Origin: Candidatus Spongiisociaceae bacterium | Lineage (GTDB): Bacteria > Actinomycetota > Acidimicrobiia > Spongiisociales > Spongiisociaceae | Direction: 5' to 3' | Assembly: GCA_965219685.1 (NCBI GenBank) | Contig: CBDCOH010000002.1 | Coordinates: 1,952,001 to 2,016,000, forward strand | DNA length: 64,000 nt | In this document: positions 56,790 through 64,000 of the stretch, in pieces | How positions within the stretch are numbered: the first letter of the stretch is position 1 | How the letters are laid out: every line of letters begins with the position of its first letter | Position numbers and translations under genes: made by a program | Notes under the pieces: generated by a model | What the model was told of the DNA's origin: nothing | Database searches by the model: none | Seen by the model: only the letters and a program-made list of their open reading frames with translations

Positions 56790-57999
56790 GCAAGCGCACT
56801 AGCCACCGCCTGCTCAGCCGACGCCACCTCACTAGCACTAGGCGGCTCCGACAACCCAGACAGGGCCATCTCCGCGCTCGTCACCTGCGATTCCGCAGCC
56901 TCGATCGACTGCCTCGCAGCGGCGATCTCGGATCCGGCGGGGGTGGCCAGCAAGGCCGCGAGGCGGAGTTCGGCCAGACGCAACTGCACCTCGGCCGTCT
57001 CGATGCGCCGCTGCGCGTCCGAGTCGTCCAGGGTCGCCAGTACCTCGCCGGTCTGCACGGCAGATCCGCTCTCGACTACGACCGATGCGACGGTGCCGGA
57101 GGCTTCGAAGGCAAGGTCGGTGCTGCGTTCGGCCACCGCCGATCCGGACAGATCGACCGTGGTGCTCAACTGCCCCGCCGTGGACTCGACGCGCTCCGGT
57201 TCGACCGTCACGTCGGTCTCCTCCGGTTGGAGGTACAGGAAGGCGCCTAGCCCTGCTCCGGCCACCAGAACTACCGCCGCCAGGAACAGCCAACCTCGCC
57301 TGGATCGGCGACGCCCGCCGATCAGGGCATCGATGTCCACATCACTCATGTCCGCCCCTTACAGGCTGATCGGCTTCCCCGTACGGCGCACACGGGGAAT
57401 GAGCAGCGTACGGGACCTTCCGGGAGGTCCCCCATGGTGCAAGCGAGGCGTCTTTCGCAGCCGCTGGTCGTACCCCGGCCCACTGCCGCCGTCGTTCCGT
57501 TGCCATGTCGCACTCTCCTTCCACAGTTCTCCCAACGCATGCCGAACCTATCCATCGAGCGCGCCCGGGACTCCCCGTACCCGGACACATCCGGGACGGA
57601 TGCTCGGCTCGACCACCGTCCGACCAGGTCTTCCTGGTTCCTTCAACCCGTAGTCCGGCTCGGACGACCGCCAGCGAACAGCCAACCCAGACTGCCGGAG
57701 GCGGCAATCGCCGACCGAGCGTCGCTCCTCCTCAAATTGGTCAAGACCATCGTGCCAAGCGAACCTGTGAATATCGTGAGAAGGATGTGAGAAACGGCTG
57801 AGGACTGCACGGCCCGACGGACAGCGTCCTTGTCACAGGGAGCAGGGTTACGGAGCGATCGAACCGTCTCTGACGAGTTCAGAGCGGGAAACACCCACGC
57901 GAGTGGCTATCGTCGAGGGATCATCATCGAGTTCGGCGTCCGGATAGAGCTATGTACGCCGCCTGGGTGTAGCTTGCGGCACGCCTGGATCGACGCCGA

Positions 58000-58839
58000 T
58001 CAGACCTCGGGGAAGTTGTACTTGAACACGCCACCGGTGCGGACCATCTCGGCGGCGATTCCGTCGGCATGCTGGATGAAGCGGTTCAGCATCGCGTTGA
58101 TCTGATCCGGCACATCCTGAAGGGCCTTGTGACCCGCCCCGACCGGTTTCCCGATCACCACCTGCGGGCACAACTCCCGGAGCAGGTCCAGATCGAGATG
58201 GGGCTGGCCACAGTCGATGTACAGGTAGGGACATCTCACCGCGGAGAGGATGGGGCCCGCGTCGAAGGCCATCATCCCCTTCCAGCCGTTGAGGATCACA
58301 TGGTCCGGGACCTGGGCCAGCCGCTCGGCGATCGTGCCTACCCGTGATGGGTCATCGGTGGGCAGGTACGAAGCCATCAGGAATCTCCGCAGGGTCTCGC
58401 GATAGTCCTGATCGGCGGTCATCAGGTGGTCGAACGGCCCGTGATGCCGCTGGTGCCACCCGGGGATGTTGCTGGGCGAGTCCAGACTCGCAATGGCGCC
58501 CACCAGCCCGGGGTGGCGGGCAGCTGCCGAGATGATCACCTGGCCGCCCATACTCTGTCCCACCAGCACCGGCTTCTCGAGCCCCAGGTGGCGGATCAAT
58601 GCGGCGACGTCGTCGCCGTGGCCCTCCATCGTGTAGACCTCGTCGGGCTTGTCGCTCTCGCCATGGCCCCGCAGGTCCACAGCCACACACCGGTGGTCGG
58701 GCGAGAAGTACTCCTCCTGGAAACCAAAGCCGGTCCGGTTCCCGAAGCCGCCGTGAATAAGGACGATGGCCGGATCTCCGGCTCCTAACTGGTGATAGGC
58801 AATGCGGACGCCGTCAGAGGTTTTGAAATACTCGGTCAT
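58000..58839 (-). CDS. Alpha/beta hydrolase, paralog 3
   Basis: IHGG, DLRGHGES, GQSMGG, GAGHKALQD. Confidence 0.9.
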   Translation of the reverse strand: MTEYFKTSDGVRIAYHQLGAGDPAIVLIHGGFGNRTGFGFQEEYFSPDHRCVAVDLRGHGESDKPDEVYTMEGHGDDVAALIRHLGLEKPVLVGQSMGGQVIISAAARHPGLVGAIASLDSPSNIPGWHQRHHGPFDHLMTADQDYRETLRRFLMASYLPTDDPSRVGTIAERLAQVPDHVILNGWKGMMAFDAGPILSAVRCPYLYIDCGQPHLDLDLLRELCPQVVIGKPVGAGHKALQDVPDQINAMLNRFIQHADGIAAEMVRTGGVFKYNFPEV

Positions 58840-58920
58840 GGGACCGGAGGATAGCGGTGAGTGGTGAGGCGACTGGCAACTGGCTACCAGACCTACTCAC
58901 TGCTACCCTGTAATACTCCT

Positions 58921-59067
58921 ACTATTCACTATTCACTATTCACTATTCACTATTCACTATTCACTATTCACTATTCACTATTCACTATTCACTATTCACT
59001 ATTCACTATTCACTATTCACTATTCACTATTCACTATTCACTATTCACTATTCACTATTCACTATTC
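58921..59067 (+). repeat. Heptamer microsatellite (ACTATTC)21
   Basis: 21 perfect units counted. Confidence 0.95.
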
Positions 59068-59072
59068 ACCAA

Positions 59073-59906
59073 TCAAGGAAAGTTGTACCGGAAGACACCG
59101 CCGGTGCGGATCATCTCGGCGGCGATCCCGTCGGCATGCTGGATGAAACGGTTCAGCATCGCGTTGATCTGATCAGGGACATCCTGGAGAGCCTTGTGAC
59201 CGGCGCCGACCGTTTTGCCGATCACCACCTGCGGGCACAACTCTCTCAGCAAGTCGAGATCAACATCGGGCTGGCCGCAATCGATGTAGAGATAGGGGCA
59301 TTGGACCGCGCGGAGAGTGTCCGTGGGGTCGTAGTCCTTCTTCCCCAGCCAGCTGTTGAGGATTACATGGTCGGGAACATGGGACAGCCGTTCCGCCATT
59401 CCTCCGAGCCTGGAAGGGTCGTCGGTCGGAAGGTAGGCGGCGCTGAGAAAGGCGATAAGCGTCTCGCGAAATGGACCATCCTTCGTCATCAGGTGGTCAT
59501 AAGGACCATGGAAACGCTGGTGCCATCCGGGAATGTTGCTGGGCGAGTCCAGGCTGGCGATGGCGCCTACCAGGTCCGGGTAATGGGCGGCGGCCGCGAT
59601 GATCACCTGCCCGCCCATGCTCTGGCCGACGAGTACCGGCTTCTCGAGACCCAGATGACGGATCAACTCGGCGACATCGTGTCCGTGCTGGTCCATCGTG
59701 TAGAGCTCATCGGGCTTGTCGCTCTCCCCGTGGCCCCGCAGGTCAACCCCTATGCACCGGTGGTCGGGAGAGAAGTACTCCTCCTGGAAACCGAAGCCTT
59801 CCCTGTTGCTGTAGGCGCCGTGGATGAAGATGATGGCCGGATCGCCGGCGCCCACCTCGTGGTATGCCATGCGAACCCCGCCTGAGGTCGTGAAGAACTG
59901 AGTCAT
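59073..59906 (-). CDS. Alpha/beta hydrolase, paralog 2
   Basis: IHGA, DLRGHGES, GQSMGG, GAGHKALQD. Confidence 0.9.
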   Translation of the reverse strand: MTQFFTTSGGVRMAYHEVGAGDPAIIFIHGAYSNREGFGFQEEYFSPDHRCIGVDLRGHGESDKPDELYTMDQHGHDVAELIRHLGLEKPVLVGQSMGGQVIIAAAAHYPDLVGAIASLDSPSNIPGWHQRFHGPYDHLMTKDGPFRETLIAFLSAAYLPTDDPSRLGGMAERLSHVPDHVILNSWLGKKDYDPTDTLRAVQCPYLYIDCGQPDVDLDLLRELCPQVVIGKTVGAGHKALQDVPDQINAMLNRFIQHADGIAAEMIRTGGVFRYNFP

Positions 59907-59920
59907 GCGACGGAGGATAG

Positions 59921-60018
59921 TGGTGAGTGGTGAGTGGTGAGTGGTGAGTGGTGAGTGGTGAGTGGTGAGTGGTGACTGGTGACTGGTGACTGGTGACTGG
60001 TGACTGGTGACTGGTGAC
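59921..60018 (+). repeat. Compound heptamer microsatellite (TGGTGAG)7(TGGTGAC)7
   Basis: Counted directly. Confidence 0.95.
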
Positions 60019-60063
60019 TGGTGTACTATACCTACTTAATCACTGTTAACCTATATAGTTTCT

Positions 60064-60105
60064 CACTATTCACTATTCACTATTCACTATTCACTATTCA
60101 CTATT
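60064..60105 (+). repeat. Heptamer microsatellite (CACTATT)6
   Basis: Same unit as 58921-59067. Confidence 0.95.
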
Positions 60106-60112
60106 CACCAAC

Positions 60113-60946
60113 TCAGGGAAAGTTGTACTGAAAGACTCCGCCGGTGCGGATCATCTCGGCGGCGATTCCGTCGGCGTGCTGGATGAAGCGGTTCAGCATC
60201 GCGTTGATCTGATCAGGCACGTCCTGGAGAGCCTTGTGACCCGCCCCGACCGTCTTGCCGATCACCACCTGCGGGCACAACTCTCGAAGCAGGTCCAGGT
60301 CGAGATCGGGCTGGCCGCAATCGATGTAGAGGTAGGGACACGTCATCTGGCGCAGGGTCTCGGTCGGGTCGTAGGCGCTCATTGCCTGCCAGGCCCTGAC
60401 GATCACATGGTCGGGTATTCCGGCCAGCCGTTCCTCCAGCCCCGCAACATGGGATGGGTCGTCGGTGGGTAGGTAGGCGCCCCGGAGGAACCTGTGGACC
60501 GCCTCCCGGTATGGGCCTTCGAAGGTCATCAGACGGTCGAAGGGTGCATGGAAGCGCCGCTGCCAGCCGGGGATGTTGCTGGGCGAGTCCAGGCTCGCTA
60601 CCGCGGCGACCAACTCGGGATGTCGGGCAGCAACCGATATGACCACCTGCCCGCCCATGCTATGCCCCACGAGTATGGAACGCCCCAGGCCTAGTTGGCG
60701 GATCACCACCGCCACGTCGTCGGCATACCCGGCCATCGAATAGACCTCGTCGGGCTTGTCGCTGTCGCCATTACCGCGCAGATCCACGGCTACGCACCGC
60801 TGGTTGGGCGAGAAGTACTCCTCCTGGAAGCGGAAACCCATCCGGTTGCCGTATATACCGTGTATAAACACGATCGGCGGGTCGCCGGTGCCCACGTCGT
60901 GATAAGCAATCCGCACTCCGTCCGGAGTGGTCACCCGCAACGTCAT
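60113..60946 (-). CDS. Alpha/beta hydrolase, paralog 1
   Basis: Start MTLRVTTPDG aligns with paralogs; IHGI, DLRGNGDS, GHSMGG, GAGHKALQD. Confidence 0.9.
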   Translation of the reverse strand: MTLRVTTPDGVRIAYHDVGTGDPPIVFIHGIYGNRMGFRFQEEYFSPNQRCVAVDLRGNGDSDKPDEVYSMAGYADDVAVVIRQLGLGRSILVGHSMGGQVVISVAARHPELVAAVASLDSPSNIPGWQRRFHAPFDRLMTFEGPYREAVHRFLRGAYLPTDDPSHVAGLEERLAGIPDHVIVRAWQAMSAYDPTETLRQMTCPYLYIDCGQPDLDLDLLRELCPQVVIGKTVGAGHKALQDVPDQINAMLNRFIQHADGIAAEMIRTGGVFQYNFP

Positions 60947-60951
60947 AACTG

Positions 60952-62103
60952 TCAGGACCCGCCGAAGAATTCCAGGAGGGTCGAAGCGGCTCGCTCCACC
61001 TGGGATTCGGTGATCTGCGGGAAGCACGGTAGGCCGATCATCCGTGATGCGGTCTCCTCCGCCACCGGCAGCGAACCGGGACCGAGCCCCATCCAGCGGA
61101 AGGCGGGATGCAGGTGGAGAGGCGGGTTGTAGTACAGGCGGCTGGCTACTCCCTGGGAGGCCAGGTACTCCCGGGCCTGGTCGCGAGTGTCGGCGGGCAC
61201 CATCGCGTTGTAGGCGAAGTACACGTGGCGCGCCCACGGCGCCTCGTGTACGGGCGTCACCGGCGTTCCCGAGAATATCTCACCGTACAGGGCGGCAGCC
61301 CGCCGGCGCCCGGCGATCCGGTCCTCCAGGGTGGGGAGCTTCGCGCTGAGCACCGCGGCCTGCAAGGTGTCGAGCCGCTGGTTGAAACCTTCCTCGATGA
61401 CCCTCCAGCCCGTGCCTCCGGTCAGGTCCTTGCCGGACAGTCTCATTCCGGGGGCGTGGCCGTAGTTGCGGAGCACCCGGATCCGGTGGGCCAGGTCGGG
61501 ATCGTTGGTGACCACCATCCCCCCGTCCCCGTATCCGCCCAGGACCTTCCCCGGCGCCACGCTGAAGCATCCCAGGGGTCCGAAGCTTCCGGTTCTGCGG
61601 CCCTTGTACTCGCCTCCCACCGCGAGTGCCGAGTCCTCCAGCACGGTGATGCCGTGCCGATTGGCGATCTCGCAGATGGGATCCATGTCGGCGGGGTGGC
61701 CGAACAGGTGGACAGGGAGGATCACCTTGGTGCGCGGGGAGATCCTGTCCTCCAGCTCTTCGGGGTCCATCGTGAACGTATCCCCGGTGGTATCGGCAAG
61801 CACCACTTTCGCCCCGGCGTGGGTCACGGCCGAGGCGGTGGGGTTGTCGGTGTTGGGGACGGTGATCACCTCGTCATCCGGACCCAGGTTCAGCACCGCG
61901 AGGGCCAGGTGGAGGGCGGCGGTACCGGACCCAACTCCGAGGGCGAACCTGGCTCCGACATAGCCGGCGAACGCCTGCTCGAAGGCCTCCAACTCGTCAC
62001 CAAGGACGTAGTTGCCACTGGCCAGCACACGTGACACTGCCCCGTCGATCTCGGTCTTCAGCGACCGGTACTCCATGGCCAGATCGCTCATCGGTACTAC
62101 CAA
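60952..62103 (-). CDS. DegT/DnrJ/EryC1/StrS-family PLP aminotransferase
   Basis: SGTAALHLAL, PVHLFGHPADM, EDSA, FSVAPGKVLGGYGDGG, NQRLDTLQAA; GGAGG RBS before TTG. Confidence 0.9.
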   Translation of the reverse strand: MVVPMSDLAMEYRSLKTEIDGAVSRVLASGNYVLGDELEAFEQAFAGYVGARFALGVGSGTAALHLALAVLNLGPDDEVITVPNTDNPTASAVTHAGAKVVLADTTGDTFTMDPEELEDRISPRTKVILPVHLFGHPADMDPICEIANRHGITVLEDSALAVGGEYKGRRTGSFGPLGCFSVAPGKVLGGYGDGGMVVTNDPDLAHRIRVLRNYGHAPGMRLSGKDLTGGTGWRVIEEGFNQRLDTLQAAVLSAKLPTLEDRIAGRRRAAALYGEIFSGTPVTPVHEAPWARHVYFAYNAMVPADTRDQAREYLASQGVASRLYYNPPLHLHPAFRWMGLGPGSLPVAEETASRMIGLPCFPQITESQVERAASTLLEFFGGS

Positions 62104-62177
62104 GGCACGCTCCTCCGCTCGTTGCTCAGCGGGAATCCTACTCCCGGGAGCCGGGTCCCATTCCGACCCTTAGGGCG

Positions 62178-63269
62178 TCAGCCTGGAACCACGACGGTGC
62201 GCAGCGCCGATCCCGTCTCCAGGTTCTCGAAGCCCTTCTCCATCTCCGAGAGTGGGATTGTGTGGGTGACCATGGAGTCCAGATCCAGGCTGCCTGCCTG
62301 GTAGAGCGAGTCCAGGACCGGGAAGTCCTGGGCCGGGATGCCCTCGCCCCCGTGCGTGGTCATCAGCGTGGAGGTGTTACGGAAGAATGCCGACGGATCC
62401 AGGTCGGCCACCGACCCGACGGGGGGCACTCCGATCATGGTGGCCACTCCCCCGTAGGACAGCATCGAAACGGCCTGCTCGAGCGTGGCGCCCATTCCCA
62501 CCGCCTCGAAGGAAAAGTCCACCCCTTCGCCTCCGGTCAGGTCTCTCACCGCCTCCACGGCGTCCTGTTCGGCCGAATTGACCGCGTGTGTGGCGCCCAT
62601 CGACATCGCCCACTCGAGCTTGAGGTCGGAGATGTCCACGGCTATCACCTTCGAGGCGTTGGCCATCCGGGCGCCCTGCACGGTGGAAAGACCGATCCCC
62701 CCGCAGCCGATCACGGCGGTGGTCGCACCCGGCCACACCTTGGCCGTATGGAAGACGGCACCGGTACCGGTCATGACCGCGCAACCGAGCATGGAGGCGG
62801 AGGTCATCGGCATGCCGTCGCTCACGTGGAATGCGGCAGCGGCGTCCACGGGGATCCGCTCCGCATACATCCCCAAGCCCATCGGCACCTCCACCCTGGA
62901 ACCGTCGGACACCAGCGTGACCTCCGGAGCCCGTGGGGAGGAGGAGTTGCAGCGCCGCGGATCGTTGCGGCGGCACATCGGGCACGAGCCGCAAGGTACC
63001 CGGCATCCCACCGCTACCCGGTCACCCTCCTTCAGGCGGGTCACCCCCCTGCCCACTCGCTCCACGACTCCGGCTCCTTCGTGGCCCAACAGCATGGGAT
63101 AGCGGGGCTCCCGCCCCGACTGCAGACCCTTGGAGACCTTGTAGTCGGTGCGGCACACGCCCGCCGCTTCGACCCTGAGGATCACCTCCCCGTCCCGGGG
63201 AGCGCCGATCTCGATGTCGGTGACCTCGACCCGGCCCGGCTCGGCGACCAGGGCCGCCCGGCTATGCAT
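62178..63269 (-). CDS. Zn-dependent alcohol dehydrogenase (class III / mycothiol-dependent formaldehyde dehydrogenase-like)
   Basis: GVCRTD, GHEGAG, CGSCPMC...C, LGCAVMTG, GCGGIG. Confidence 0.88.
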   Translation of the reverse strand: MHSRAALVAEPGRVEVTDIEIGAPRDGEVILRVEAAGVCRTDYKVSKGLQSGREPRYPMLLGHEGAGVVERVGRGVTRLKEGDRVAVGCRVPCGSCPMCRRNDPRRCNSSSPRAPEVTLVSDGSRVEVPMGLGMYAERIPVDAAAAFHVSDGMPMTSASMLGCAVMTGTGAVFHTAKVWPGATTAVIGCGGIGLSTVQGARMANASKVIAVDISDLKLEWAMSMGATHAVNSAEQDAVEAVRDLTGGEGVDFSFEAVGMGATLEQAVSMLSYGGVATMIGVPPVGSVADLDPSAFFRNTSTLMTTHGGEGIPAQDFPVLDSLYQAGSLDLDSMVTHTIPLSEMEKGFENLETGSALRTVVVPG

Positions 63270-64000
63270 CCAGGTCGACCAGGATGTCGTGGTCGTAGGT
63301 GAGCCGCTCGCCGCCGTCGGGGGTCACCCGCACGTTGTCGGAGACGCAGATGCCACCCACCGCCAGCGCCTCGGCCGGATCCTCGAAGGTGATCTGGGGA
63401 TGGAGGTTGATGACCATATCGGTCTTCATGATCCGTTCCTTGCCGGGAATCCAGGGCGGTTCGTGGGAGTCGAGCCCGATGCCGTGGGCCGTGTAGGCCA
63501 CCGAGTCCTCGCCGCCCTGCCCGTACTTGCGATGGACCCGGTTCCGGGCCGCGATGACCTCCTCCGAGGAGTCACCTGTCTTCATCGCAGCGATGCACGC
63601 ATCGAGGGTCTCGATCCGGGTATCCCAGTACCGCAGGACCTGGTCGGAAGGGCGGCCGAAACAGTAGGTCCGCCGCACTTCCACCCAGTAACCGGAGGGA
63701 CCCCCCCATTCGAGATCGATACAGATGATGTCGTCCCTCTCGATCTCGGCGTCCATGCCGAAGGTGTAGGCCCGGTGCGGCTGGCGGCTCATCTGGGCGA
63801 TCCCGTCCAGGCAGCCGTGCTGGCGGACCAGGCGGTGAGCCTCGGCCAGCACGTCGCGCTCGTTGGCGCCCGGGCGGATATGACCCTCAAGACCGGCGAA
63901 GACCCGACGGATGATCCGGGAGGTCTCACGGAGGTTCTCGAGTTCCTCGGCGCTCTTGACGGACTTGATGTCGTCGAAGACATCGGTGGCGTCCACGAGG
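63262..64000 (-). CDS. M24 (Xaa-Pro peptidase/creatinase fold) protein, 5'-truncated by the window edge
   Basis: VKSAEEL, GYWVEVRRT, HGIGLDSHEPP, DNVRVTPDGGERLT. Confidence 0.8.
   Translation of the reverse strand, partial: LVDATDVFDDIKSVKSAEELENLRETSRIIRRVFAGLEGHIRPGANERDVLAEAHRLVRQHGCLDGIAQMSRQPHRAYTFGMDAEIERDDIICIDLEWGGPSGYWVEVRRTYCFGRPSDQVLRYWDTRIETLDACIAAMKTGDSSEEVIAARNRVHRKYGQGGEDSVAYTAHGIGLDSHEPPWIPGKERIMKTDMVINLHPQITFEDPAEALAVGGICVSDNVRVTPDGGERLTYDHDILVDLDA

Larger units (their letters stand above)
55727..56865 (-). repeat. Three near-identical 99-bp units (LSGLSEPPSASEVASAEQAVASALAQLSSAEEA); middle unit split by the IS
   Basis: Units start at 55727, 55826 (continuing at 56703) and 56767. 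Confidence 0.85.
53811..57349 (-). pseudogene. MacA/HlyD-family adaptor (membrane fusion protein) interrupted by IS5; ~898 aa when reconstructed
   Basis: N-part (TM, LAFEASGTV...G..V..GEVLATLD) and C-part (VVAPFDGTV, VTEADL, PGMSATV, VEITSGL) rejoin in frame after removing 842 bp (IS plus 3-bp duplication). Confidence 0.88.

Noticed and set aside
57350-57999. 650-bp intergenic region with several short ORFs
   Set aside because: No recognisable motif, repeat or RNA structure that I can support
58861-59172. ORF with (IHYSLFT)n repeats
   Set aside because: It is a translation of the (ACTATTC)21 microsatellite and runs antisense into a hydrolase gene; there are no spacers, so it is not a CRISPR either
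1-64000. tRNA, rRNA, riboswitch, integrase or prophage genes
   Set aside because: None recognised by eye; tRNAscan-SE and Infernal would be needed to exclude small RNAs

Overview
High-GC bacterial DNA, most consistent with an Actinomycetota (Acidimicrobiia-like) marine-sponge symbiont. That assignment is an inference from the sup-type PKS cluster, lipoprotein solute-binding proteins, a DUF222-HNH gene and actinobacterial DNA-damage promoter motifs. Contents in order: a DUF1778/GNAT toxin-antitoxin pair whose toxin start appears disrupted by a small AT-rich insert; a peptide/nickel-type ABC importer; a ThDP enzyme; a Liv-type ABC importer with an acyl-CoA ligase and a duplicated binding protein; a DUF222-HNH gene; a complete sup-type cluster (NCS2-like permease, free ACP, alpha/beta hydrolase, PPTase, 3206-aa KS-AT-DH-cMT-ER-KR-ACP-KS PKS); an SDR/ceramidase-like/ABC/SDR operon; a NitT/TauT-type ABC importer plus EamA; a head-to-tail array of PaREP1-like (HEPN-like) genes; an SPFH protein; a MacAB-type exporter whose adaptor is split by an IS5 element; three tandem alpha/beta hydrolases separated by heptamer microsatellites; then DegT-like aminotransferase, Zn-ADH and M24-family genes. 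No rRNA, tRNA or CRISPR array was seen. The best unexplained signals are: (1) two copies of a ~282-bp non-coding element carrying the same PafBC-like promoter as the DUF222-HNH gene; (2) the diversifying PaREP1 array; (3) the microsatellite-flanked hydrolase triplet; (4) a shared acidic helical stalk on three binding proteins from two families. All calls come from motif reading only; no database searches were run.
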